From the IMG/VR virus record IMGVR_UViG_3300020198_000887, positions 32,001 through 96,000 of that record: a stretch of DNA of 64,000 bases; one strand, written 5' to 3'. Each line of letters opens with the position of its first letter. Position 1 is the stretch's first letter. A program made the translations under genes and the position numbers. Source of the stretch: a virus. Under the pieces are notes generated by a model. That model made no database searches and was not told the DNA's origin. It was given only the letters and a program-made list of their open reading frames with translations. Of the stretch, positions 50,401-60,104 are shown piece after piece.

Positions 50401-53400
50401 AATATTATAAGTTTTAACTGTTGGGATGGTTGGGGTTAATGATAGATCATTAATTTCTATTTCAGGACTGGTTCTTAATAACGTACTAGTTGGACCTGCA
50501 TCAGATCGTAATTCAATACAAAATTTTTCAGTACCTTCGGATTTATAGTCAACACTCATCACACGGGTAACCGTTGCGGTTCCATCAGATTTTATTAAAA
50601 ATGTGCCAGCATCTAAGCTATCACTAAAATCAGCTGCTACAACAGAACCTACCGTAGATTTGGTAGTCCAATACAATCGTGTATTAACTGGTATGCCTTG
50701 TGTATATACTGTGAAAATTACCCCAGATGGACCTAGAGTAGTCGGCCCTTCATATACAAGTCCGGTGTCCGCTGTAATAATATATTGTGATGGGGTTGTA
50801 GTTGATGTATCATTTATCAATATACCTGGGGCACTCGTCGCCAATAGCGACCCTGCCCCATTTCTAATTTCCACTTCAAACGATTCACCACCGGTTTCGG
50901 TTAAACTATCTGCTTTTGCAGTTATAGTAAACGATCCAGCCCCATTTGTGATTGTAACTGGCCCTGATAAGGTATTAGATGTAAAATCATTAGCGGTAAT
51001 ATTCGTACCAACTAATGTCCAATATAACGTGCCATTAACCATAGTTGTTGTAGTCACAGAAAATAATACACTAGCCCCTGCACCACTCTCATTGATGGCA
51101 GTAACCCCCAACGAGGAGACCGTTGTATTCGCAGCAACTATTGCATCAGTTATACTTGTCATTTGGCTAGTATAAACTGCTGACCCATTTTGAGTTGTTT
51201 TCAACTGAATTGCAAATGATTCAGCTGTTTCTGATGTCAAATCTATAGCTGCCGTCCGAATGATAGGTTCCGATGATTGATTGTTATAAATAACAACGGT
51301 ACCAGACAAGGTATTGTCACTAAAATCTGCTGCAGTCAATTGTGATGTTGACGCAAGAGTAGACCAATATAAAATAGTACCATCGGGGATCCCAGTTGTA
51401 TATACATCAAATGTTACGCCTTGTCCTTCTGCAATCGATGAGGTATTTCTTTCAAGTAAATACGATACGACAACTGGGGTGGTGGATAAGTCACTAATTA
51501 CAACCGCACTGCTTGTCTGTACCACGGGTCCAGCAATACTCCCAGTTCTTAACTCTATGCAGAATGTTTCTTCACCTTCAGTATACTTGTCAGGATTGGC
51601 AATTCGAATAATAGATGCAGAATTATTTTTGATTGTCACTTGCCCACTTGCCAAATAGTCAGAGAAATCAGAGCTACTTACATCCCCAGATTTCGGCAAT
51701 GTGGTCCAATACAATGTTGCCCCATTTGGAACGTTTTCAGTTATTATATTAAATGTTACACCAGTACTTCCTTCACCAATCTTGCCAATATTTTGTATAA
51801 TATTATAAGTTGGGGTTAATGGATTTGTAGTGAATGAAGTATCCTTAATTATTATACCAGCACTTGAAGTTTTTATCGGGCCAGTTATTGACCCTGTTCT
51901 GATTTGAACTTCAAACGACTCATCCCCCTCGGTTGTGATGTCCGCCCTTGCTATACGGGTAAAAGTACCAGTGTTATTTGTAATAATTACTGTACCACTA
52001 TTCAAGTTATCAGTAAAATCATTAGCAGATACATTTGCACCTGATACTGTCCAATACAAGGTAGAATCAGCAATATTCACTGTATTAACAGTAAAAGTAA
52101 CTTCTGTGGTCCCATCTTCATTGATTGTGGTTTTATTTGGTGTTACTGTATACGATGAAAGTGCATCAGTTATACTTGTCAATTCACTTGTTGCAACAAT
52201 GCTACCAGTTATACTATTAGTTCGTAGTTGTATGGCAAACAATTCTGCACCCTCGGGAGATAAATCCGACACGGCTTCCCTAGTGATTATTCCACTATTA
52301 TTATTAATTTCAACTGTACCAGATAATGTGTTATCACTAAAATCTGCTTCAGTAATCCCAGCACTTACACTGGTTGTCCAATATAATGTGGTTGGACTCG
52401 GTAATCCGGTAGTAGTTATTGTAAATACTGCACGGCCACCTTCAACAATAGCCGGTGCATTTCTTGTAATAACATATGGCGATGCACCAGCCAGATCATT
52501 TATTTTTACACTTGCGCTAGTTGCTTTAATTGGACCAGAAATAGAATCTGTCCTAATTTGTATTTCAAATACTTCCGTACCTTCTACAAGGAGATCAGCC
52601 TTTGCAATACGTGAAATTGTCCCAACATTGTTACTAATTACGACAACCCCACTTAAAGATTCATCTACAAAGTCATTTGCGGTTATCCCATTACCAGAGG
52701 TTGTCCAATATAATACAGTATTACCAGGTACATTCACTGTGTTGACAGTAAAAACAACTTGGGTTTGGCCTTCTATTATCGAATTACTAGCTGGTGTTAC
52801 CGAATATGATCTAGCAATATCTTGTATATCTGTAATTTCACTTTGTGCAACAATTGACCCGGTAGTTGAAAATGTTCTTATTTGAATAGCGAATGATTCA
52901 GTGTTTTCAACAGCTAAGTCATCTTTTGCTATTCTAGTAATAGTACCGCTTCCATTGTTGATAATAACGGTACCAGTATAGGTTTCATCACTAAAATCTG
53001 CCGGGGTTAACCCAGTACTCGTGCTTGTTGACCAGTATAATATAGTACCAGAGGGAACATTGGTTGTGGTAACCGTAAACACTACGCCAACCCCACCTTC
53101 GGTAATTGCGGTTGTGTTTCTAGTCACAGTATAGGTAGGCACAACAGCAGGAATTACTGGCGCAACAGTCACAGTGCCACCAGTAAATGTGCTAATTGCA
53201 GCTGGTCTTGCAACAGTTACATTATGCCCAGATGCCCGGCAAATCTTCATCGAACTCAACAAATTCCCATCGATGTTTGGATCACCACTACCATCTGCGA
53301 TGTCAGAAAATTCAATTGTAAATATAACTTGTGCAGAAGTTGTTCCTAATTTTGCATAAACAGCATATCTGTTAAGCTCAAATGATGGGGTAGAATCATA

Positions 53401-54054
53401 TTTTTCATATACTAATTTATTAGTTTGTGTTAAATTAGCATATCCAACTGATGTGGTAGTTGAATAATTTATATTTCTAGTTTGAAGCCTGCTAAATGAT
53501 ATGACACCAATCCCATCTAACAAATTTGTCCAAGAAGTATTTTTAGTGGTAGATGACCCACCAGTCCGCGATGCCGAAAATTCAAACGAGCTACCAGCAT
53601 TGAAATACCACCTGGCAGCATTTTGGTTTTCAAAATTCACAGTAATTGAATGAGTTAATGTATTATTCCATGCTGACGTTCTGGAAGCCGACACCAATGG
53701 TTCACGTGTTGATTGACTTAATGGTGCATCTAATGCCCTATCTCGGTGAATCAATTCAGCCATTGTTAAATATGAATTAGTTGTTGCTGCCGTAATTGAT
53801 GTATTTTTATACACCGTTGGAATATTCCCAGATTCATCAATCCCGGTCTGATGTTGGCGGACACGAAGCATATCTGAACGCAATACATTCCACTGATCAG
53901 CGGAAATCAATGGTTTTGTGCTTTCATTTATCTGTGAACTGTATACAGTTTGCCCATATCCATAATCATCCGCCCCAACCCCTAATACGTGTGCAACTTT
54001 TGATTGAATTAAGTTATATTCAGTTATAATAACTGGAGTTTTTTGTGTGGCCAT
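47437..54054 (-). CDS. Second giant tail fibre/adhesin (2205 aa) with tandem Ig/Calx-beta-like repeats
   Basis: More than ten regular repeats with LYW, DFSD, TEG.E.F and LRTGS motifs. Confidence 0.8.
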   Translation of the reverse strand: MATQKTPVIITEYNLIQSKVAHVLGVGADDYGYGQTVYSSQINESTKPLISADQWNVLRSDMLRVRQHQTGIDESGNIPTVYKNTSITAATTNSYLTMAELIHRDRALDAPLSQSTREPLVSASRTSAWNNTLTHSITVNFENQNAARWYFNAGSSFEFSASRTGGSSTTKNTSWTNLLDGIGVISFSRLQTRNINYSTTTSVGYANLTQTNKLVYEKYDSTPSFELNRYAVYAKLGTTSAQVIFTIEFSDIADGSGDPNIDGNLLSSMKICRASGHNVTVARPAAISTFTGGTVTVAPVIPAVVPTYTVTRNTTAITEGGVGVVFTVTTTNVPSGTILYWSTSTSTGLTPADFSDETYTGTVIINNGSGTITRIAKDDLAVENTESFAIQIRTFSTTGSIVAQSEITDIQDIARSYSVTPASNSIIEGQTQVVFTVNTVNVPGNTVLYWTTSGNGITANDFVDESLSGVVVISNNVGTISRIAKADLLVEGTEVFEIQIRTDSISGPIKATSASVKINDLAGASPYVITRNAPAIVEGGRAVFTITTTGLPSPTTLYWTTSVSAGITEADFSDNTLSGTVEINNNSGIITREAVSDLSPEGAELFAIQLRTNSITGSIVATSELTSITDALSSYTVTPNKTTINEDGTTEVTFTVNTVNIADSTLYWTVSGANVSANDFTDNLNSGTVIITNNTGTFTRIARADITTEGDESFEVQIRTGSITGPIKTSSAGIIIKDTSFTTNPLTPTYNIIQNIGKIGEGSTGVTFNIITENVPNGATLYWTTLPKSGDVSSSDFSDYLASGQVTIKNNSASIIRIANPDKYTEGEETFCIELRTGSIAGPVVQTSSAVVISDLSTTPVVVSYLLERNTSSIAEGQGVTFDVYTTGIPDGTILYWSTLASTSQLTAADFSDNTLSGTVVIYNNQSSEPIIRTAAIDLTSETAESFAIQLKTTQNGSAVYTSQMTSITDAIVAANTTVSSLGVTAINESGAGASVLFSVTTTTMVNGTLYWTLVGTNITANDFTSNTLSGPVTITNGAGSFTITAKADSLTETGGESFEVEIRNGAGSLLATSAPGILINDTSTTTPSQYIITADTGLVYEGPTTLGPSGVIFTVYTQGIPVNTRLYWTTKSTVGSVVAADFSDSLDAGTFLIKSDGTATVTRVMSVDYKSEGTEKFCIELRSDAGPTSTLLRTSPEIEINDLSLTPTIPTVKTYNIIRDKSTIGETGANNTVTFTVSTTNVSPSETLYWTTTPVGVIQPTDFSDNKLSGTVNVDTTGKASIVRTAAADGVPENTESFAIQLRTGGFAGLIVQTSEVTTITDTFVEPTITIDVSQSQINEGGKGVTFTIYTTNLPNNALLYWTLSNDKLTADDFVESKVRGTFTVTNNVGKVTLTANADVITEGDMSFELQVRTGGYDGTIRQTSSGVIIKDDSQTQKVYNLAQSATMIGEGTTGVEFTVTTVNVPKNTVLFWVIPDAAGLDEFDLNKRSAELILDSSGAGNFSITALTDNKTEGGETFEVQLRTGSKTGPVVQTSQGILILDTSQNPSYGMTISPASGNINETTNKTFSVTLNVANVASNSTMYLSFGGSATYGTDYALLSGPSLTKTGNIYSFSTSGSAMTWQFEVSPDLKTEGYETAFIEVMDVLGGPVLRRSSTFTIEDTSKAPSYAVTISPSKPSEGSLITTTIQVANIVVGTVLTAFHSGTAGDNDLSPDGTAPAIAGTFTVTQPTITWKHTVVADHATEGSQTFAWVFKDTAGVTVATSNTITINDTSLFDPSGTLTITPLVVNEGDLVTFTFTNQYFKQGTLVYPKFIYTTGSDTGDWLAVSGQGFNDNGSFVVTGSPMVWTALVTVDLITEGQETVYVELHTESVTGPLLCTSDTIVINDSSKKPLAIAAGETLSFNAAVATNSDVYWKVIYDNQTFPRFGGLTRGIAPVMSNVANVQIPTVGDYNTTEDQLFAVKLYTDENCTIPVSTVYPINAKFKAQTALVGNTTTPTALPEVKTLIAGAKTFSSATINSGKLQSFINGISLIPHYTESNANNDNDAFMSGYMGLAGTVAGFRTNPRNITFANTMVTVSMEVRDNELVNIDLPVNAVVNGITVISKAPEISDNKIPYYKLEVLYSQMCDSSGVVISVSNIQYGPLTNQTIVRKNNTQCNITMPDGHVIRTLRAKFTFGGQAQRLAFEITAQTALLKVIHNGG

Positions 54055-54077
54055 GTGGCTCCTCTATGTTTAAAATA

Positions 54078-55607
54078 TTATAAAATTACAGCTTCAACAA
54101 TTTTAACGTCGTCGGTTGTATTAGATTCTAATGCAATAGCAAAAACATTTTCCAGTAATCCTGCCACACAAGCTACACCGCCATTAGCGGCAACTAATCG
54201 GTCGCCTTTTGAAACTTTGCCAGCAACTTTTACGGGAACACGACCTTTCAAGGCAATATATATTCCGCCTTCTAATTCACTATTCATCATGTATGCTGGA
54301 TTTTTGGACACAGTTCCCAATGCTCTTGCCCCAAGAACGCCAGCGGTCACTTCCCGGTCACCCCCCACCATAACTACAGTACCAACATCATAATCTTCAT
54401 CTGCTAAGTATTTTTCGGCCAAGTCAGCATAATATGCAGTGGTTGCTGTACCAACAAAATAATTTGCCAGAATGGAACCAGCAGTAACATTTATCCCATT
54501 TATTGATTGGTCAGCACTTGTTCTGGCAACTATGGTACCTGATGAAACTGTTGAACTCGCAGTTTTATATGTCCCACCGACATTTAAAGAATCTGCTTGT
54601 GTTGCAGTACCTGAAAATACATTTGCAAACACCGTACTAAACTTAGATGTGATTGACCCGATATTTGATATAAGATTTTCACCGGCCAATATATCAGACC
54701 CTTTCAACTTGAATGGTGTTTTTGTTATATTGTTAACCGTTGTACTAAAAATAATGGTGTCGCCATTTGTATTAACAATTGTTGGGATTGATTGATTTTG
54801 TGGATCATTAAATACCTTCAATTTAGCAACTGGATTTCCAACTGTATAACCAACATCTGCAAAATTAACTACTGCAGTAAATGTAGCATGATTTGCTCGT
54901 ATAAACTCAGCGGCATCATATCGTACATCAGAAATGTTTAATGAATCCGCTGATGCAGAAGTTCCAAATAATCGAAATTTTGCTACCCCTCCGGCAGCAT
55001 CAGTTACACCATTTACATCAGTGTTTATAAGCGTAATACCAGAATGGACTGTCGTGAACCCAGAAATAGCAGTGGATGCATCTAAATCGAATGCCCCCCG
55101 TTTATTAATTATAAAAACAGTGGTTCCATCAACAACCGCTTCAATAATTGTATGATTTTCACCACCTGTTGCAGAAGTTGCTTTAACTGTTCTAGTTCTC
55201 ATCTCGGTGATATTGTTCCCAGATGACTGTGGGCCAACTAACACGAATTGAGATCCATTCCACGCATTAAGTTGTTGATTTGATGTGTCCCACCAAAAAT
55301 CACCCTCTGTTAATCCGGTTGGCTGTGTTGATCCAACTTCTGCACCACCGGTGGTTCTCCATTTCAAACTATCATAAAATTTTAACTTTTTAGTGCCACT
55401 ATCAAACCAAATTTGCCCGCTTATTGCCCGCGATGGCGGGGTTACATTGGCAAAATTTTCTAATAAAAATACAATATTCTCGTTTTGAGCCTCACCGTAT
55501 CCAGCATAGTTTTTACCAATTAGTTTAATATCCAGTGTTGTATCAATTGTTCCATCAGCTACTACGGTTACTTGATTTCCATTATATTTGTTGATGATAT
55601 ATGCCAT
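54078..55607 (-). CDS. Tail fibre-type protein with a C-terminal intramolecular chaperone (peptidase G2-like) domain
   Basis: YADLAEKY...GTVV...PAYMMN...IALKGRVPVKV.G.V.KGD.LV. Confidence 0.7.
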   Translation of the reverse strand: MAYIINKYNGNQVTVVADGTIDTTLDIKLIGKNYAGYGEAQNENIVFLLENFANVTPPSRAISGQIWFDSGTKKLKFYDSLKWRTTGGAEVGSTQPTGLTEGDFWWDTSNQQLNAWNGSQFVLVGPQSSGNNITEMRTRTVKATSATGGENHTIIEAVVDGTTVFIINKRGAFDLDASTAISGFTTVHSGITLINTDVNGVTDAAGGVAKFRLFGTSASADSLNISDVRYDAAEFIRANHATFTAVVNFADVGYTVGNPVAKLKVFNDPQNQSIPTIVNTNGDTIIFSTTVNNITKTPFKLKGSDILAGENLISNIGSITSKFSTVFANVFSGTATQADSLNVGGTYKTASSTVSSGTIVARTSADQSINGINVTAGSILANYFVGTATTAYYADLAEKYLADEDYDVGTVVMVGGDREVTAGVLGARALGTVSKNPAYMMNSELEGGIYIALKGRVPVKVAGKVSKGDRLVAANGGVACVAGLLENVFAIALESNTTDDVKIVEAVIL

Positions 55608-55649
55608 CTGATTATTTCCTCATTCTTTGTATATTTATGTGGTTATATA

Positions 55650-57302
55650 TTATATGTTAGTTTGCCAAACCCATACATTAGTAATTGATAATTCATATTC
55701 CTTTATTACACCAGTATCAATGCATAATATTCTACAAATTGCACCAGATTGATGTTCTGTCGGTGGATATATTTTATTAATATACACACTAGCAATCTGC
55801 TCATTACTTAAAATTCCGTTATTTATTGTTAATCCCAACGGAGCCACTTTAACTGCTGTTGTCAATGTCACTAAGTTAACAGCATCAGTTTCATTAGTAG
55901 GTGATGCAACATTTATTAGTTTTTTATTACTAACATTAACCGACCCATTACCCTTTGGTAATAATATTATATCGCCATGTTGTATTATTGGGTTTACGTA
56001 ACTTATTGTATCTGAATTAATATTCACATAATCTACTTGCAATGATGTCAATTGGCCAATACTAGTCAACCCGGGTGCACTAGTTACTGTAATTCCCAAT
56101 GATGACAAACTTAATACATCTTGCGTTCCTATCTTGTATGATTTTCCACTTATCAACGCCATATTATCAGACGACGTCCATGCTGCAGTTTCACCAACCC
56201 AATTAAATGTCTTGTCAGTGGTCCCCTTGACAGTAATACCACCACCATCTGCAGTTAAATCAGTTGGGTTATCAACTTTGCCTAATTCAATGTTTCTATC
56301 AACTATATCAATAACGGTAGATTTAACCGTAGTTAATTCACCCTTTACGGTCAAACTTCCCTGAATTATTGCGTCTCCAGTAACATCCAACGTAGCATTT
56401 GGGGTATTTGTGAATATACCAACCCGTTGATGCAATGCATTAATATGCACCCCGGGTAATAATTGATTATTATGCCGTATATTAAATTGAATATCTTGGT
56501 CTGCCACATTTGAATTTAATTCAAACTTTAAATTACTAACTTTAATTTCGTTATTGCTAGCCGGGCCAAGTACTAATGGCGTTGAATTTATGACAGATAT
56601 TGTACCAACCGTATCAGTATCGGTGTTCGTTTTCATAAAATTTTCGGCATTATATGATGTTCCAATTGAATCTAATAGTGCTGCGGAGGTTTCAACCGGT
56701 GCTTTGAATTTTATACCAGACAAACTTCCGGAATTAAATCCAATATCTATCAATGTTCCATTATAACCAGGAATGGTCTTGGCTAATGTAAATGCAGCAC
56801 TACTAAAAATTCCCAATAATATTTTAGATACATATAATAATACTAATGTATGTTTTATTTGATGTACATCATATACTTCAGTTATAATAAATCCACTTAC
56901 ACCCTGTTGTGCAGTATATGCTGGCCCAGCCAATGATAACCCAAATCCATCGTGAAAATACATTTGTCGGCGAGTGGTATCTATCCATAAATCACCCTGT
57001 GTTAATGTGCTTGGGGCTGAACTTGCAACTACTGTTCCACTTGTTGCATTAAATCCAATACCATTGTATACTTTTAACCGTTCATCAGATGTATCAAACC
57101 ACAGCTGGCCTGCAATTGGCCTTGGTGGTGGTGTAGTATTTGCAAAATTTTCCAACAAATACACCATATTCTCATTAAACAGTTCACCATATGTACTAGT
57201 ATTTTTACCGATCAACGTTAAATCACTAGCAGTTTGGTCAATAGTTCCATCTAAGATATCAGTTAATTTTGACCCATCAGTTTTGTTTATTGTGTAACTC
57301 AT
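55650..57302 (-). CDS. Tail fibre/baseplate structural protein
   Basis: Shared N-domain LIGKN...LLENFA...GQLWFD. Confidence 0.7.
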   Translation of the reverse strand: MSYTINKTDGSKLTDILDGTIDQTASDLTLIGKNTSTYGELFNENMVYLLENFANTTPPPRPIAGQLWFDTSDERLKVYNGIGFNATSGTVVASSAPSTLTQGDLWIDTTRRQMYFHDGFGLSLAGPAYTAQQGVSGFIITEVYDVHQIKHTLVLLYVSKILLGIFSSAAFTLAKTIPGYNGTLIDIGFNSGSLSGIKFKAPVETSAALLDSIGTSYNAENFMKTNTDTDTVGTISVINSTPLVLGPASNNEIKVSNLKFELNSNVADQDIQFNIRHNNQLLPGVHINALHQRVGIFTNTPNATLDVTGDAIIQGSLTVKGELTTVKSTVIDIVDRNIELGKVDNPTDLTADGGGITVKGTTDKTFNWVGETAAWTSSDNMALISGKSYKIGTQDVLSLSSLGITVTSAPGLTSIGQLTSLQVDYVNINSDTISYVNPIIQHGDIILLPKGNGSVNVSNKKLINVASPTNETDAVNLVTLTTAVKVAPLGLTINNGILSNEQIASVYINKIYPPTEHQSGAICRILCIDTGVIKEYELSITNVWVWQTNI

Positions 57303-59425
57303 TATAAGACCCCAGTAAAAATTATATAATTTATGGCTAGATATGGGTTCATAATATCAAATGAAGTACCAATTCTAGATGATATAACATTACCGCTATT
57401 ACCCAATCCAAACCCAGTACTTGAACTAGGCATACCATATCCAGGTCTTGCATTGTCATCATCCATTCCATCTGGAATACCGGAAGCATAATATTGTGCT
57501 TCCCCACTATTTAAGTTATGTTTATGCTCTGGTAGATTTTCGACTAATAATGTTTTGGTTTCACTGCCTGCGCTAGAACCCAATGTATCTGCTACTACTG
57601 ATGATACCCGATTTGCCGAACCGCCACCCGCATCTACAAAAATATCTGGATTATCAATGCTAGGTACAGTTATGTTGTTATCCATATTATCCATACCCAA
57701 CGCAAATCTCCCACGTAAGTCTGGGAGACAAAATGTATTAGCCCCATTTAGGGCTGAAATTCGATTATAAGTTGTTCCAATAACTTCATATAGCGCGGAA
57801 TATTCAGAAATTCTCACTTCACTCCCGTCACATAGTTTGTATCCAGAAGGGACCACTACCCCCGCAAATGGGAATATTGCACCAATCGGAACTAATGGGA
57901 TGTTTGATAAAAAATCTAACTTTGACACCTGTTTAAGACCGGGTGACACTGTGCCTGACCGATAAATCAATAACTTATCATCACTATATGCCACGGGTAC
58001 CTGTGGCTTTGATGTTATAATACTAGTGGTAACACTAGTTTGAAAAATGGCTGTTCCAGTACTAGTTTGCCCATTAAAACTTATTCCAGCACTACTTATA
58101 TCCCCGGTTAGACTGAATACTGTCGGGCTTGCCAACTTTGATGCTGACCCACTTGCGTTTCCAATCAATGTACCAGTAACCGTTCCGGAAAAATTGCCAA
58201 CAAATGAATCTGCGTACACATTTCTAAATTTTCTCGATTCTGACCCAATATCATAACTAGAAGTAGCAGTATCCGTCCCCGGTAATATTACGGCAGCAGG
58301 AGATACCTCACCAAATGAATCTAAGCTATTAACATATAAAGTACCATTACTGTTTATAGCAGAATTAAACCGTGCAGTTTTTTCTACTGAAATCCCACCA
58401 TATGTAACAATACTTAAATCATCAGTGGTTGTAACATTGATATTACCGTTGGTGGTAATATTCCCATTAACATCAAGTGCTTCCTGGGGGTTTATATTGT
58501 TCAACCCAATTCCAACTTTAGCAGATGAGGTCACCCGCATAGCAGTAATGATGTCTGAACTATTTGCTAAATTAAAATCTATGTTTTTGCCACTACTCTT
58601 TGAGTACAAAACAGAAGAATTTTCATTTGTTATTAAACTGAAACTTGAATCACCACCTATACTAATGCCATCATTGGAATTTATTTTTAATGGCACAGTC
58701 AATGGGGTGATATAATCTGTACGTACAAACTTTGTAGAATCAACCGTGACCCCATTAATAACCAATGCGTTTGCCTGACTTGCAGTTCCCCAAAATTTTA
58801 CAGGCGTAGATGTACTATCAGAATCTATATTACTTAAATTAACACCATGCTTGATTATTGGGAACCCACTTACAGTAGTTTTTGGTACAAATGTTTCTTT
58901 ACTAATTATTACCAACAAATAATTTGATGCATAAAAGCAAATTACACTATGACTTATATTACTTGTATCAATAATAATATCAATCACCGGACCAGTCTTT
59001 AATCCCTCACTAAATTGTGGGCCGACTAATAACCAATTAGATCCAGAAAATATATACAATTGATGATTTGTTGTGTCAACCCACACATCACCGGTGGTAC
59101 TACTTTCAATTGTTGGCGTACTACTGGATTTTTTTACTGACCCGGCTGGCATCCACAGCTCACCATCCCATATTTTAAGTAAATTTATTTTAGTATCAAA
59201 CCATAATTGACCAACGGTGGGTGGCGCTTGTCCAATTTGTGTACCAGGGGCAAATGGTCCAGAAAAATTTTCCAATAAATGTAAAAAGTTTTCTGCAATA
59301 TATGGGGCATACCCAGAAAAGTTTTTACCAACAAATGTCAGGGATGTTTCTTGATTAATTTGTTGGTCATTTACAGTAATCGGAGTATTGGAGTTTGGAT
59401 CTGTATGTTTAACTGTATAACTCAT
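57302..59425 (-). CDS. Tail fibre with a phage tail collar domain
   Basis: PIGAIFPFAG...GYKLCDG...LYEVIG...LPDLRGRF; NPYLAINYII. Confidence 0.85.
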   Translation of the reverse strand: MSYTVKHTDPNSNTPITVNDQQINQETSLTFVGKNFSGYAPYIAENFLHLLENFSGPFAPGTQIGQAPPTVGQLWFDTKINLLKIWDGELWMPAGSVKKSSSTPTIESSTTGDVWVDTTNHQLYIFSGSNWLLVGPQFSEGLKTGPVIDIIIDTSNISHSVICFYASNYLLVIISKETFVPKTTVSGFPIIKHGVNLSNIDSDSTSTPVKFWGTASQANALVINGVTVDSTKFVRTDYITPLTVPLKINSNDGISIGGDSSFSLITNENSSVLYSKSSGKNIDFNLANSSDIITAMRVTSSAKVGIGLNNINPQEALDVNGNITTNGNINVTTTDDLSIVTYGGISVEKTARFNSAINSNGTLYVNSLDSFGEVSPAAVILPGTDTATSSYDIGSESRKFRNVYADSFVGNFSGTVTGTLIGNASGSASKLASPTVFSLTGDISSAGISFNGQTSTGTAIFQTSVTTSIITSKPQVPVAYSDDKLLIYRSGTVSPGLKQVSKLDFLSNIPLVPIGAIFPFAGVVVPSGYKLCDGSEVRISEYSALYEVIGTTYNRISALNGANTFCLPDLRGRFALGMDNMDNNITVPSIDNPDIFVDAGGGSANRVSSVVADTLGSSAGSETKTLLVENLPEHKHNLNSGEAQYYASGIPDGMDDDNARPGYGMPSSSTGFGLGNSGNVISSRIGTSFDIMNPYLAINYIIFTGVL

Positions 59426-59428
59426 CTG

Positions 59429-60037
59429 TTAAACCCCCACTAACCCAGTCAAACTTTGGATACGAACTGTGTAATCAATTTGTATCAATCTATTAAGAGA
59501 TTTTTGAACTGGATGAAATATAACATGGGTTAATAATAAACTTTGACCAGTTGAACTATATGACTTCAACCCAAGTTCATCGAAAATATACGAGCTATCA
59601 GAGTTTGTTGAATTGTCGAATGCACTTTGACCATCCGGCTCACCATAATCTAACAAACACGTAATAAAAACATCGGTATAATTGGTACCAGTTACATGAC
59701 GTGTTTCTATAAAATTTCTGGTAGGGTCAACATTATTACTCGATCTATCATCAACCACTTTGGTGTATGTTTGATTATACAAACTCGCATTTGCCCCAGA
59801 CCCGTTTGGTGTTAAATATGTAATTATACCAGTTGGGTCAACCGTTGTACCGCCATTTCCAAATGCCATTTCATATATAAATCCTTGCCCACTATTAGCA
59901 ATACTTTGTGCTAACCCAATACTAATATTTTCATAATGAATGGCATTTCTCTTATTAACAAATACCTCTGTAGTTTCTGGATCCCACAGTTTAATATGAC
60001 CTTCTACATGTATTCCTGTTGTTTCTTTACTCTGCAT
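59429..60037 (-). CDS. Baseplate/tail structural protein
   Basis: FGNGG, FDELGL, HVIFHPVQKS.NR...YT.R; located in the tail module. Confidence 0.6.
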   Translation of the reverse strand: MQSKETTGIHVEGHIKLWDPETTEVFVNKRNAIHYENISIGLAQSIANSGQGFIYEMAFGNGGTTVDPTGIITYLTPNGSGANASLYNQTYTKVVDDRSSNNVDPTRNFIETRHVTGTNYTDVFITCLLDYGEPDGQSAFDNSTNSDSSYIFDELGLKSYSSTGQSLLLTHVIFHPVQKSLNRLIQIDYTVRIQSLTGLVGV

Positions 60038-60104
60038 GATACGCTCTCTTTATCTGTATATTTATCTTATCCAATTATCTACCAAGTTATTCACATTCGC
60101 CATA

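Noticed and set aside
38648-54054. Diversity-generating retroelement acting on the fibre tips
   Set aside because: No reverse transcriptase and no adenine-variant TR/VR pair noticed in the window.
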